Positions 1 through 11,700 are shown, counted from the stretch's first letter. The stretch: DNA of 64,000 nucleotides from Desulfatiglandales bacterium (GCA_963662465.1 OY759599.1:2272001-2336000), one strand, 5' to 3'. Notes: a model not told the origin generated them from the letters alone. A program made the numbers and translations.

Positions 1-1
1 T

Positions 2-271
2 AAAAAACCCTTTAAAAGCGACGGATGCTCTATGTGGTGCGATTCCTGGCAGGGGGTGGATTTTTATCCGGCCTGTTTTTTCCATGACTTGAAATACTGG
101 TGCGGATATCCGGATGAAACAGCCGAACGTCTGATTGCCGACGCGGAGCTGATGATCGATATTGCCAGGGCAGGCGCACCCAAAATGGCCGAAGTGATGT
201 TTGCCGGCGTTCGGATCGGCGGTCATGAGGCACTGAACCGATCCTTTAGCTGGGGCTTTGGAAGGGAGTAA
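2..271 (+). CDS. Partial (5'-truncated by window edge) small protein, prokaryotic phospholipase A2-like fold
   Basis: Frame is open from base 2 (KKPFKSDGCSMWCD...). Pattern SDGCS...C..HD..YW.G...R..AD..L...M..GVR.GG...F.WG resembles bacterial PLA2-like proteins with a C-x-x-HD dyad. Confidence 0.5.
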   Translation, partial: KKPFKSDGCSMWCDSWQGVDFYPACFFHDLKYWCGYPDETAERLIADAELMIDIARAGAPKMAEVMFAGVRIGGHEALNRSFSWGFGRE

Positions 272-276
272 CCATA

Positions 277-1089
277 TTGGCGTACAAAATGGTCAGAAAA
301 ATCATCTCGGGCGGTCAGACCGGCGCTGATCGGGCAGCACTGGATTTTGCCATCGAATGGAACATCTCTCACGGCGGCTGGATACCCAGAGGACGTAAGG
401 CGGAAGATGGAAGGCTGCCTGAAAAATATCGATTGAAAGAGATGCACACTACCGATTATGCCCGGCGTACCGAACAGAATGTGGTGGATTCGGACGGCAC
501 CCTGATTTTTTCTCACGGACCCCTAACGGGCGGTTCCAGCCTGACGCGAAAAATGGCCCTGAAGCATGGACGTCCCTGGCTTCATGTGGACCTCTTGAAA
601 ATCAACAGCTTCAGCGCCGCCCAATCCATTTATGCATGGTTAACGGAACATCGCATCAGCGTTTTGAACGTGGCGGGCCCCCGGCAAAGCCAGGATGCCA
701 AAATATACCGTGCCACTTTTGACATACTGGAGGCCGTCTATCACCTATCCACCATCAATTCCCATATGCATCATCCCCCGGCCGGGCGACGGTATCCCTT
801 GCCCAAAAGCGTTGATGACGCTGTTGGGCAACTGCTTTCTCAGTTAACATTGAAAGACAAGAGCAAAATTGCGCGAATGGGCAAAGGGGACCTGTTGGCA
901 CTGACCCTTACGCTGGGCCGTTATATTGGGGATCATTTCGGGATATGGGAGGGCAATGATGCACTCATCGCCTCCTGCCGCACCATTATGAGAAAAGAGT
1001 CCATCAAGGAGGAAGAAGCGATCGCCTTCATCATCAGAACACTGTGGGAGGAACTTCAAACATCCCACGGTTTGCGGGTCGTCCGTTGA
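277..1089 (+). CDS. Putative molybdenum-carrier / circularly permuted YpsA (SLOG superfamily) protein with an extra C-terminal helical domain (DUF6794-like)
   Basis: IISGGQTGADRAALD, HGGW.P.GR.AEDG, RT..NV.DSDGTL and LNVAGPR.S motifs; additional ~95-aa C-terminal domain (PKSVDDAV...LGRYI...FG.W.GN). Confidence 0.8.
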   Translation: MAYKMVRKIISGGQTGADRAALDFAIEWNISHGGWIPRGRKAEDGRLPEKYRLKEMHTTDYARRTEQNVVDSDGTLIFSHGPLTGGSSLTRKMALKHGRPWLHVDLLKINSFSAAQSIYAWLTEHRISVLNVAGPRQSQDAKIYRATFDILEAVYHLSTINSHMHHPPAGRRYPLPKSVDDAVGQLLSQLTLKDKSKIARMGKGDLLALTLTLGRYIGDHFGIWEGNDALIASCRTIMRKESIKEEEAIAFIIRTLWEELQTSHGLRVVR

Positions 1090-1113
1090 TATCCCTGAAA
1101 ACATGGCGCTCCC

Positions 1114-2748
1114 ATGGCTAACGGGAAGGACGTCGCGACGGGAGAAAACGCCGACACCACAGAATCCCTTTACAAAAAAGTCGGCATTGCATCCCTCATT
1201 ATGATGACCTCGGTCCTTTTGAGCCGGGTCATCGGTATACTTCGCGAGGTTGTCATCGCCTATGCGGGCGGAACCGGGGGCGATGTGGACGCCTACCAGA
1301 TGGCCTTCGTGCTGCCGGAAATTTTGAATCACGTGGCGGCCACGGGGTTTTTATCCATTACCTTCATCCCCATCTTCAACAAGTATCTGATAAAGGATAT
1401 GGAAACCGAAGGGTGGCGGATTTTCTCCCTCATCCTTTCCTCTTTCGGAAGTCTCCTGCTGCTTCTCATAACCGTGGCCTGCGTTTTCACGGACCATCTC
1501 GTGACCCTCATTGCGCCAGGCATTAATGATCCCGCCATCAAGGCGCTCACCATCCGCATGACTAGAATTGTCCTGCCCGCCCAGTTTTTTTTCTTTACAG
1601 GAGGGCTCTTCATGGCGGTTCAGTTTTCAAAGGAACATTTCCTCATTCCGGCCCTGGCCCCCCTCCTTTACAATCTGGGCATCATTACGGGCGGCATTGT
1701 GCTGGCGCCCTGGATCGGCATCGAAGGGTTTGCCTGGGGGGTCTTCGGGGGAGCGCTGGTGGGAAATTTCGCGGTTCAGTGGTTTGGGGCCAGGCGCCTG
1801 GGGCTGCGGTTTAAACCCTGTTTTAATTTGACCCATCCGGATTTGCGACACTATCTTCTCCTGACCCTTCCCCTGATGCTGGGGCTTAGCATGACCTTCT
1901 CAACGGAGTTTTTTTTCCGGTTCTTCGGTTCCTTCATGCCCCAGGGCGCCATTGCGGCCCTCAACTACGGGCTCAGAATCACCTTCATCCTCGTGGGCCT
2001 GTTCGGTCAGGCCGTTGGAACGGCATCCTATCCCTTCATGTCCAGACTGGCGACGGAGGGGCGATCGCACGAAATGAACCGATTGCTCGACAAAACGGTG
2101 CGCGCCCTGACCCTTGTCATCCCCTTTTCCGTGTTTCTCATGGTCATTCGTCATGAAGTTGTTTTCATCCTGTTCCAGCGGGGCCGCTTTGATGCCGCCG
2201 CCACGGCGCTGACCGCCCATCTCCTTCCCTATCTACTGCTGGGGGCCTTTGCTTTTTCGGCCCAGACCGTTGTGGTGCGGGGATATTACGCCATGCAGAA
2301 CACCCTATTTCCAGCCCTGCTGGGAACGGCGGCGGTCCTGCTGAGCATTCCCTTTTTTCTGGTGGGCATGGATCGAATGGGCGCATCCGGCGTAGCCCTG
2401 GGCGTTTCCATTTCCGCCTTTATGCAGGTCGCCCTGCTTTACATATGTTGGAACAAGCGAACGCAAAACAGGGACAGCGGTCTTGTCTATGGGGCGGTTT
2501 TCAAAATGGTTGCGTTAAGCATCTTCCTGGGATTCAGCCTCGAAACCCTGCGGAAAACCCTTTTCTCAACCCTTGGCGCCGGAACACTGTCCGGCGCACT
2601 GATCACCAGTGTTGCGTTGGGAATACTGTTTTCATGCCTGCTCTACCTCGCCTGCGGGATCATGAAGATGTCGGATATTTTTGATATTCTTGAAAAGCCG
2701 TTTCGGAAGCTCAAAGATAGGTTTTTCAAAAAAGCCGGGAACACATAG
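1114..2748 (+). CDS. murJ: Lipid II flippase MurJ (MviN)
   Basis: LSRVIGILREVVIA, DAYQMAF.LP, FIPIF and LFQRGRFD motifs; many transmembrane helices over 544 aa. Confidence 0.93.
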   Translation: MANGKDVATGENADTTESLYKKVGIASLIMMTSVLLSRVIGILREVVIAYAGGTGGDVDAYQMAFVLPEILNHVAATGFLSITFIPIFNKYLIKDMETEGWRIFSLILSSFGSLLLLLITVACVFTDHLVTLIAPGINDPAIKALTIRMTRIVLPAQFFFFTGGLFMAVQFSKEHFLIPALAPLLYNLGIITGGIVLAPWIGIEGFAWGVFGGALVGNFAVQWFGARRLGLRFKPCFNLTHPDLRHYLLLTLPLMLGLSMTFSTEFFFRFFGSFMPQGAIAALNYGLRITFILVGLFGQAVGTASYPFMSRLATEGRSHEMNRLLDKTVRALTLVIPFSVFLMVIRHEVVFILFQRGRFDAAATALTAHLLPYLLLGAFAFSAQTVVVRGYYAMQNTLFPALLGTAAVLLSIPFFLVGMDRMGASGVALGVSISAFMQVALLYICWNKRTQNRDSGLVYGAVFKMVALSIFLGFSLETLRKTLFSTLGAGTLSGALITSVALGILFSCLLYLACGIMKMSDIFDILEKPFRKLKDRFFKKAGNT

Positions 2749-2831
2749 ATCTTCCTTGACATTCGGGCGAAATTCAAGGGAAAATTCCACTCCAAAATCA
2801 CATACGGCGTCAGAGAGAAGGGAGTAGTAAA

Positions 2832-4574
2832 ATGTGCAAAGGCATCATTCTTCTTATAATTGTCATTGCTTTATCGGGGAATTCCACCCATGCCGGGGTG
2901 CTTGAAAATGTGCTGATAGAGGCAGCTTGCTCGGGAAACAGCGAACGGATCAATCAAATGCTTCAGCTTGATATCAAAATAGATATCGGCGCAAGAAGTA
3001 AAGATGATACCACTCCCCTTTCATGCGCGATTGCCAATGGCCATGACAAGGCTACGGAACTCCTCCTTTCTTACGGTGCAGACCCGAACATAACGGACAG
3101 ATTCGGCAGGACTGTGTTGTTTGAAGCATCCATGAAGGGTTTTCCACGGGTAGTCGAGGCGCTCCTCAAAAACGGTGCAAATCCTAACGCCTCGGACACG
3201 GAAGGATTGACCCCTCTCTTCCTTGCCGTATCCCAGGGAAACAATAAAGATGTCGTGGCACTTTTGATAAACCATGGGGCAAATGTCAATGCAGTCACGC
3301 ATCAGACAAACGAATCCGCCCTCTTTCGTGCGGTCGGCTATAACAGGAATGAAATGGTGTCACGCCTCCTCTCTAAAGGCGCCAACGCAACGATTAAATC
3401 CAAAAAAAGCGGCAACACTGCCTTTCATATGGCCGTGGAAATGCGAAATCTTTCCATTATCAAAACATTTCTACAGCACGATGTCGATATCAATGAAAAA
3501 AATGATCAAGGGGATTCGGCCCTCATCATTGCATCCAGGATGGGAAATACCGAGGTTGCCGAACTTCTACTTGAACATGGCGCTGATCCGGAAATAACGA
3601 ACAAGCATGGCCTGAATTGTCTGCTCGATGCCATCTCCGCCGGGCAGACATTAACGGTGGAGGCCCTGATAAAGAGGGGACTATCCATTTCCACCCGGGA
3701 TAAATACAACAGAACCGCCCTTATGCTTGCCGTGATAAGTGGCAACAAAAATGTTGTGTCGTCGGTTCTCAAGAGACGTGTGAATGTCAATGACAAGGAT
3801 AATGACGGAAAAACAGCCTTGATGCACGCCTCGTTGGCCGGCAATCGTGAGGCTGCGGTAATGCTGCTTAACGCAGGGGGAAATCTTGCCCTAAGGGACA
3901 GCAACGGTGATACCGCCCTTATGCTTGCCGCCGCAGAGGGGGAAAAAGAGATTGTGAGCCTGCTTTTGGATAAGGGAGCAACCGTTGATGAGGTTTCCAG
4001 GTCAGGACGGACGCCGCTTCATAGGGCATCGGAATATGGAAACCTGGAGGTCGTCAGCGAACTCCTTTCAAGAGGGGCGGACGTCAATGCCAAAGATAAG
4101 GAATCGCAGGCATCGGCTCTTCATTTGGCTTCAGCGGGAGGACATGAAGAAGTCGTAAAAAAATTACTGGAAAAGGGGGCAAATCCAAATGCACCGGACA
4201 AGCTCGGTCAAACGCCCATTCACAAAGCCGCCTTTAAGGGTTCCGGCAAGATCATCAGCATGCTTCTTGGCGCAGGCGCCGGGATCGATGCAAAAGATCA
4301 GTCAGGAAAAACACCGATCATGCTTGCCTGTGAAAGGGGATATGTCGACGCGATAAGGTGTTTCATGGAAAATAATGCTGATATTAACGCAACGGATAAT
4401 CTCCGGTGGACGCCCCTTTTCTGGGCAGTATTTTACGGCCATTATGACGCTGTGAGTCTTCTGCTCCAGAATGGCGCGGATAAAAATTATAAAGACAAAA
4501 AAGGGTTGACTGTTTTGGACTACGCAACGGAGCAAGGTCACGGATACCTGATAGAGCTTTTAAGGCCAAGATAG
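2832..4574 (+). CDS. Ankyrin-repeat protein (about 16 repeats) with N-terminal signal peptide
   Basis: Repeated ~33-aa G.TPLH.A...G...V..LL..GA..N units along almost the whole protein; MCKGIILLIIVIALSGNSTHA looks like a Sec signal. Confidence 0.92.
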   Translation: MCKGIILLIIVIALSGNSTHAGVLENVLIEAACSGNSERINQMLQLDIKIDIGARSKDDTTPLSCAIANGHDKATELLLSYGADPNITDRFGRTVLFEASMKGFPRVVEALLKNGANPNASDTEGLTPLFLAVSQGNNKDVVALLINHGANVNAVTHQTNESALFRAVGYNRNEMVSRLLSKGANATIKSKKSGNTAFHMAVEMRNLSIIKTFLQHDVDINEKNDQGDSALIIASRMGNTEVAELLLEHGADPEITNKHGLNCLLDAISAGQTLTVEALIKRGLSISTRDKYNRTALMLAVISGNKNVVSSVLKRRVNVNDKDNDGKTALMHASLAGNREAAVMLLNAGGNLALRDSNGDTALMLAAAEGEKEIVSLLLDKGATVDEVSRSGRTPLHRASEYGNLEVVSELLSRGADVNAKDKESQASALHLASAGGHEEVVKKLLEKGANPNAPDKLGQTPIHKAAFKGSGKIISMLLGAGAGIDAKDQSGKTPIMLACERGYVDAIRCFMENNADINATDNLRWTPLFWAVFYGHYDAVSLLLQNGADKNYKDKKGLTVLDYATEQGHGYLIELLRPR

Positions 4575-4662
4575 AAACAACTGTTTGTGAATAGGGTGGT
4601 GTTAAACATGAAAATGCTATTTCATGCTATTTCAAGAAATCAGATCGAAAGGAATCAAACAG

Positions 4663-4914
4663 ATGAAGGATGACCTCGGGAAATACTATTATCCCTTTCC
4701 ACAGAATAAAAAAGTACGCATGTATGTTCAGGAAATAGACGGCATGGTCCAGTTCAGGCTCTGGAATTCCGATGATGCCAAGTTATGGGACGACCATGGC
4801 TGGATCCCTTACGACGCCATACAACAAGCCGCCGCCATGTATGAACGGAAGAATGCTTTCAACCCCAACCAGGCCTACGACCTGGATATTGCAAAGGCGC
4901 TGCTGAAAGAATAG
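4663..4914 (+). CDS. Small hypothetical protein
   Basis: ORF MKDDLGKYYYPFPQNKKVRMYV... ends 7 nt before the Fic gene; ATG at 4663 is preceded by AAGGA. Confidence 0.7.
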   Translation: MKDDLGKYYYPFPQNKKVRMYVQEIDGMVQFRLWNSDDAKLWDDHGWIPYDAIQQAAAMYERKNAFNPNQAYDLDIAKALLKE

Positions 4915-4921
4915 CCCGAAC

Positions 4922-5725
4922 ATGCTTAATTTCTTAAACGGACTGGATGAAGATCTACGCAAGGCATTAATCGCCCAACTTCGAAATCTCTGGACCCACG
5001 GGTCCACGGCCATTGAAGGGAATACCCTGACACTGGGAGAGACGGCCTTTGTTATCGAGGAAGGGTTGACGGTTTCCGGCAAACCGATTAAAGACCATCA
5101 GGAGGTTTTGGGGCATGCACACGCCATCGATTTGATTTATGATATGGTGGAACGTGCATCAGCCATCGGGGAAACGGATTTATTTCTTTTGCATCAGGCC
5201 GTTCAAACCACCGTAACATTTGATGCATACAAACCCATTGGCGCATGGAAAAAGGAACCGAACGGCACTTACATGGTAGCCGGGGACAAACAGATATTTT
5301 ATGAATATGCCGACCCTTCAGATGTACCCGTTCTCATGAAAAAATGGATCGGGTTGCTCAATCAGAGTGCTGAAACGATACAGTCAAAAGAAGATGCCGC
5401 AGCCATATATGCGAAGCTTCATATGGCCTTTGTGTGGGTACATCCGTTCTTTGATGCAAATGGCAGAATGGCGAGGCTTACGGCGAACATCCCTGTTTTG
5501 CAATGCGGATTTCCGCCGATCTTGATTCCAAAAGCCAAACGGTGGGAATATATTCTCCATCTTTCGGAATATAAACTGGCGGAAGGGTCGCCCAAAGCAT
5601 CCACTGATTTGCTGCCGATAAACGCCAAGCTCAATAAATTCATCGAATTTTGTAAAGAATCATGGGCGGAATCACTGGATTTGGTGGAGACTATACGGCA
5701 AAAACAAAAGGAAAGGGATGCATGA
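4922..5725 (+). CDS. Fic-domain protein (class II, intramolecular inhibitory helix)
   Basis: Catalytic HPFFDANGRMAR motif and N-terminal inhibitory STAIEGN motif. Confidence 0.92.
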   Translation: MLNFLNGLDEDLRKALIAQLRNLWTHGSTAIEGNTLTLGETAFVIEEGLTVSGKPIKDHQEVLGHAHAIDLIYDMVERASAIGETDLFLLHQAVQTTVTFDAYKPIGAWKKEPNGTYMVAGDKQIFYEYADPSDVPVLMKKWIGLLNQSAETIQSKEDAAAIYAKLHMAFVWVHPFFDANGRMARLTANIPVLQCGFPPILIPKAKRWEYILHLSEYKLAEGSPKASTDLLPINAKLNKFIEFCKESWAESLDLVETIRQKQKERDA

Positions 5726-5736
5726 CCCAATATCCC

Positions 5737-6795
5737 CTACCGCAAATAAATGGGATTTGAAAAAATCCAGGGCCGATACCCGAAAAAGGGCGCTCGGCGG
5801 GATACTTCAACACGATAAACGCCGGGCTGCTCCACTCCCAGGGAAAAGCGGCGGCCGATCTTCCCGCCCACGGAAACGCCGTTTCTCAGCAACCGGATAC
5901 GCCCATTTTGCGGCGATTCCACAAAAAAGACACCCGGCTGGAACGATCGCTCTTCTCCCATTTCCATGGCCGGTCCCCCTTTTAAGACATAATAAAAGCT
6001 AAATCCATTGGAAGGGGTCAGGCGATCATGGGCCACATAAAGGCGACCCTCTCTCATGGCGCCATACACCTGTTCCCGCGCCTCATCCGCATGCTTGGAC
6101 AACGGTTGATCCAGCAGTATATGGATATTGATGCTCCTCAAACCGTCACGGTAAGACAGGGGAGTAAGGCAAAACGGCCCCCAGCGAAACAACGCGCCAT
6201 GGGCATCGGACCCGCCGATGGCAACCACCCGCCGATCGTTGCAGGCCCTGTCCCAGAACAAAAGGGTTTGTCGGCTGGGACCTTTCAGGGTCCAGGTTTT
6301 GAACAGCAGAAAAAACAGGCCATGCAGGGGCGTTTTGATGCGCTCTTTCCATCGGGATGAAAAATTCCAGATACAAATGCCGGAATAATCCGTTACCGAA
6401 AGATCGTTCCAGGTGTAAGCGATGGACTTTTCGTGAAACGGCATCCCCTTTTCAAAGGGATGGGCCAGAAAACCAAAACCGCCCTTTTGGTTTACGCGAT
6501 CAATGACCGACTGTGGGCCAAGACCTTTTCCGCGCACCATCTCCCTGAGACCAAAAGCCAGATAGTGGTGAAACCGCTTTCCCAATTCGAGGCCCATAAG
6601 GACCAGCACGCCGTCATGATATCCTTCATGTTCAAGATGAAGGGTTTTGGCCATGTAATCGTGATCGTTGATAATCATAAAATCCAAATTTGCCGATCCG
6701 GCGTGCCGGGCAATCTCGGCCACGGTCCCCGCGCCGTCTGAATAGCGGGTATGGATGTGTACGTTGCCGATAACTTCATAAAGATAATTCCGCAT
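5737..6795 (-). CDS. PHP-domain metallohydrolase (CehA/McbA-like)
   Basis: HIHTRYSDG, INDHD, LAHP and GGSDAH metal-binding motifs; C-terminal W..SNPIY. Confidence 0.88.
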   Translation of the reverse strand: MRNYLYEVIGNVHIHTRYSDGAGTVAEIARHAGSANLDFMIINDHDYMAKTLHLEHEGYHDGVLVLMGLELGKRFHHYLAFGLREMVRGKGLGPQSVIDRVNQKGGFGFLAHPFEKGMPFHEKSIAYTWNDLSVTDYSGICIWNFSSRWKERIKTPLHGLFFLLFKTWTLKGPSRQTLLFWDRACNDRRVVAIGGSDAHGALFRWGPFCLTPLSYRDGLRSINIHILLDQPLSKHADEAREQVYGAMREGRLYVAHDRLTPSNGFSFYYVLKGGPAMEMGEERSFQPGVFFVESPQNGRIRLLRNGVSVGGKIGRRFSLGVEQPGVYRVEVSRRAPFFGYRPWIFSNPIYLR

Positions 6796-7454
6796 GTCCT
6801 ATTTTCCTTTCCGGGCCTCATCCAGTGCTTTAAGGCCCAGTCCCATGGGTTTCAGGATGGCAGGGATCTTTCTCATTGCATCTATCGTTAAGCTCACCAG
6901 CGCCTCCTCCGGCCCCCGCTGGAACCGCCGAAGTATCAGGCGTCTGGTGCAGCTCTTGGTTCGCCATCTCCATCTTCCTTTTTCGCAAGGACGTTTTCCA
7001 TATCAATGAACATAATGGCTTTTTTTAGAACTGAAAATTATTGGTTTCCGGTTTTGATATGTGGCTCATATCAAAACATGTTGAAATATTGTAATATAAC
7101 AGGTATATCAAATTCGCCAAGGTCAATGTGCGTTGGAGATATTGCCGGTTTCGCCAAAAATATGGGAACCACAATATATGTATGGTATGACCGCCCAATA
7201 TGAGCTAATCTTGCCTTTGGCTTTAAGACTCTGTTTTTATGGAGTCATTTTTCGACAGACGCTTGATCCTTAACCAGCGGCACCCATAGGGGCACTCGTA
7301 CAATGGTTTAACCTAAAACTGCTCAAGGAACGAAAAGGGTGGCGGAATCAATGAATTAGCGATCAGAGAAATGGGCGTAGTCTAATATCTCTGAATCAGA
7401 TCGACCCGCGCACATTCAAACGCGAATTTTTTCGGAAGGAGAACCTGTAAGGGA

Positions 7455-8753
7455 GTGTCTATGTCGGAAGAAATTGAAGCAACCCACGCCATCCTGCTGG
7501 GCCATTGCCCCCTGAACGGCAACACCAATGCCAAGGACGCTTCCATGGAAGAACTTGCGCGCCTGGCGGATACAGCGGGCATCATTACCCTGGGAAAGCA
7601 CGTACAGAAAAGGGAAAAGATTCATCCCAAGACCTTCATCGGCGAAGGATTTATCGAGACCTGTATTGAAAAAGCGGCGGATAAAGCCGACCTTTTGATT
7701 TTTGATCATGACCTGACGGGCTCCCAGGCCCGCAACATCGAAAAACGGTTCTCGCTTCCCGTCATCGACCGCACGGAAGTGATTCTCAAAATCTTTCATG
7801 ACCATGCCCGAACCCGAGAAGCCCGCCTCCAGGTCAGGCTGGCGGAACTGAAATATGAACTGCCCAGGATCAAAAGCATGTGGGGACACCTGGACCGGGA
7901 GCGGTTCGCCGGCAGCGCGGGCGGCAGGGTGGCATTTCGGGGAATGGGGGAAAAGCAGAGCGAAATGGACCGGCAGAAGCTTCAACGGGAGATTTATGAG
8001 ATTGAAAAAACCCTTGAAAAACTCGTCCGACAGATCGACACCCAAAAAAAACTGCGTAAGAAACATTGCAAGAACATCGGTCTGGTGGGCTACACCAATG
8101 CGGGAAAATCGACCCTTTTTAACCGCCTGACCCACGCCGGCGTACGGGTGGAGGACAAGCTTTTCGCCACTCTCGACTCCACTTCCAGGTCCTTACATCT
8201 CGCCAATGGAAAGAAAGCGGTCATATCCGATACAGTGGGGTTCATCTCAAATCTGCCCCATCATTTGGTGGCCAGTTTCCGGGCCACACTCAAGGAAGCG
8301 GAAGAAGCGGATTTTCTGGTGCACGTGACCGATATCTCCGATGAAACCTTTCAAAAACATCTGGCGGATGTGGAAACCGTCCTCAAAACCATTCACGCCA
8401 ATGAGATTCCCCACCTCTTGGTCTTCAATAAAATCGACCGGGTTTCCGAAGCCGAGATCGCAAACGTTCGAAGATCCTATCCGGATGCACAATTCATCTC
8501 TGCCTCAACCGGCGCCGTGGACAACTTATTACTGGAAATAGGAGAACGTCTTCACCCTTCCGGAAAAATGACACTGTTAATCCCCCAGTCGGAACAAAAG
8601 CTTATTCACGACATCCATAATCTGGCAAAGGTGCTTGAAACCACCTACGAAGACGACGGTGTACACATGCGTGTGGAAATGGCCGGGGAGGACATGCACC
8701 CCTTTGAAAAATATCGGGTTGAGGATAAAATTGAGCCTTTATCAGCAAAATAA
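7455..8753 (+). CDS. hflX: Ribosome-splitting GTPase HflX
   Basis: GYTNAGKST, KLFATLD, DTVGFI and NKID motifs; IF..HA.TREA.LQV.LA.L.Y.LPR N-terminal signature. Confidence 0.95.
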   Translation: MSMSEEIEATHAILLGHCPLNGNTNAKDASMEELARLADTAGIITLGKHVQKREKIHPKTFIGEGFIETCIEKAADKADLLIFDHDLTGSQARNIEKRFSLPVIDRTEVILKIFHDHARTREARLQVRLAELKYELPRIKSMWGHLDRERFAGSAGGRVAFRGMGEKQSEMDRQKLQREIYEIEKTLEKLVRQIDTQKKLRKKHCKNIGLVGYTNAGKSTLFNRLTHAGVRVEDKLFATLDSTSRSLHLANGKKAVISDTVGFISNLPHHLVASFRATLKEAEEADFLVHVTDISDETFQKHLADVETVLKTIHANEIPHLLVFNKIDRVSEAEIANVRRSYPDAQFISASTGAVDNLLLEIGERLHPSGKMTLLIPQSEQKLIHDIHNLAKVLETTYEDDGVHMRVEMAGEDMHPFEKYRVEDKIEPLSAK

Positions 8754-8779
8754 ACCACCGAAATCGTAAGGATTGTCCC

Positions 8780-11700
8780 ATGTTTCCCATGAAATTCGAT
8801 CACAAAACCCTCGAAACTCTCCCTGTCCCGGATGCCGGACGGATCGCGGATGTCGTCAAGCTCCTCAAGGCCATTGCCATGGGACGGGTCATGGCCTATT
8901 TCAAATCCAAACGGGGAACGGATCCCGCCCTGACGGCCGGACTGGCCGACCATTTTGTCATCCGCCGACTGGAAGATGAGGAAAACCGCATTCCCATCGT
9001 AAGCCTCCTGTCCCGAAAAGAGAAGACCTGGATGATTGATATTCATGAACGGATCTTCGATTACCTGGCCTTCGTAATCCCCAGCGATCCTGAATCCAGA
9101 ATTGGCGGGCACTCCGGTGAAGAGGGAAAAATCCTGGCTTTTATCGAATTCCTACTAAGGCATCAAGTGGAACACATGCTTTATCCGGAAGAATCCGAGA
9201 GTGCGGTAATCCATTCCGATCTGGTCTTTGCCATGGACCGACGCAGGGAGGACCCCACCTATTACGCCATGCTCCGGAAGGTTCTGGACGATGAGATGAA
9301 CGGGCTCGAAGGAAAGCTGTATCAGAACATGTTTGAATCGGAAGAACAGGGCAGGCCTCACAAATATCTCATTACCCGGATGCTGACCTCTTTCATCGAC
9401 AGCCTGGTGGATATTCCGGAGTCGCTCCTTCACGCCGCGTTTCCCTTTTTAGACACCGATCTCAAGACAAGACTCATGATTGAATATTACCGGAGAAGTC
9501 GGGAAGTATCCTATTCCCTGATGCAACGGGCCTTTTACCTCCGGGAAGTACTCCGATTTTTCGCTCTCGCCATCGCACGCAATGAGAAAGAAGCCGAGAA
9601 GGTCTTTGATATGTTCAAAGATCGATGGGGCCTGCTTTACCTCTTCCATGAACTGGATCTCCCGGAAACCATTCTGGAGGAAAAAGAGCCCAATGAAATC
9701 TTCTCTTATTTCAGGAAGAGCCTGGAAGAACTCTCCCTTGACGACACGTCTTTTCGCCTGACACCCCGACCTCCGAAAAAGACGGCGCCCGACTCGTCCG
9801 AGCCGCCCGCCGCCACAAAAAGCCTCAAGGACCGCATTGAAGAGGCCCGGAATGATCCGTCATTTCCCCGCCAGGCGCTGGATGTGATCGACAAGAACAA
9901 GATCAGCGCCGTCGGCCACAGTGGCCCCAAGTACACGGAACTGATTGAAGTTCTTCTTGCCGTTCCGTGGGGCCGTGTTCAAAAAATATCGGTTGATCCC
10001 GAAGCCTTTGAGGAGGGTCTCAACAGGACGCACTATGGCCTGGCACGGCCCAAAGAGCTCGTCTGTGATTTTTTTGCCAACCTGATCTGGCGTTATCAGA
10101 ACTTCAACGGGATAGAAGATGTCAAGCACCGCAGCGGAAGCGCCTTCCTCTTTGTGGGTCCCCCCGGCGTCGGCAAGACCTCCCTGGCAATCTCCATTGC
10201 CGAAAACCTCGGGGTTCCCTACCACAAAATCTCCCTGGGCGGAATGCGCGAAGAATCGGCCCTCCGGGGCCACGGGTTCACCTTCGAAGGTTCCAAACCC
10301 GGAGCCATCGTTCAGGGTCTGATCAAAATGGGCATCATGAACGGGATGTTTATTCTCGATGAGGCGGACAAGACCGAGCCCGCAACCGTTTCAACGCTCC
10401 TGGAGATTTTGGACCCGGAGCAGAATCATCTTTTTCACGACAAGTTCACCATGACGACCGTGGACATTGACCTCTCCAACTGCCACTTTATCCTTACAGC
10501 CAATACCCTGGAAACGGTGCCGCCGCCGGTACTCAACCGCTGCGAAGTGGTTCTCCTGGATCGCTACAGCATTGAAGAAAAAATCGCCATCGGAAGCCAA
10601 TATCTGATCGGGCGGGTACGAAAACGACATAAAATCACCAAAGAGACCATCGCCATCAACCCCGACCATGAAGTTGACCTTCTGCGATACCTGATCAAAA
10701 CATACACCCATGAACCGGGGGTAAGGGAGCTGGAACGGATCATCCGGACCCTTTTCCTGAGAATCTTTCGAAAAGAAATCCTGAGCAAGGGACAGTCATC
10801 GGTTCAAATCACACGGGAGAAGATCAAGCAGTATCTGGAGACGCCCACGCCGCCAAGAGGGATCTCCGAGGAAGACCGTGTGGGGGAAATATTGGCCCTG
10901 GGGGTAAATGTGGCGTTGGGCATCGGGTCCGTGATTCCCATACAGGCCACTCCGATCTGGCTTGAAAGAAGCAACGAGGGCCGGCACGGCGCCTATCTGA
11001 GCATGGTCCACGCCACCGGAAATATTGAGAAAATCATGGATGAAAGCCGAAAGGTGGCCACCACCGCCATCTTTCACTGTGCCGATGCATTGGGGATTGA
11101 CCTAAAGCAGGCGGGAACGCCGATCCACCTTCATTTCATGGGGAGTTCTACCCGGAAAGACGGGCCTTCCGCCGGAGGCGCCATCGCACTGGCCCTGGCA
11201 TCGGCCCTCTCCGGCCGCTATATCCGGAGGGATGTGGCTATGACCGGCGAGATCGATACCAAAGGCCGCATCACCGCCGTGGGCGGTCTCGACGTTAAAA
11301 TGGAAACAGCCTGCGATGCGGGATGCAAAACCATGATCATCCCCATGGAAACGCTCCATGATGAGAAAGGCATCAAACGCCTGCCCCAGGCCCTGAAGAA
11401 GGAGCTTCAGATCCTGACCTACGAATCCTGGAAAGGGGTACATGAACCATTTGACTACCGCCGTCACGTCCTTCAGGTCGTTGCGGTAGACCATCTGGTA
11501 CAGGCAGCTGATGTGGCTTTTGTAGACCGGAACGAATTGACGACGTTGACAAGCGCCTTGACGCCCCATGCCGCGTCAATAGCCGAAACCCTTGAGGCCA
11601 CACAAAGGGAACAGCGACAGGGTTTACGCGTTCTATACCTGAAAGATCCTAAAGAACTGCAAATGGAGGGGATGGAGGGTCCGCTCACAGGCGACGATTC

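Noticed and set aside
6796..7009. Small ORFs upstream of the PHP gene
   Set aside because: No consistent start/RBS or recognisable motif on either strand.
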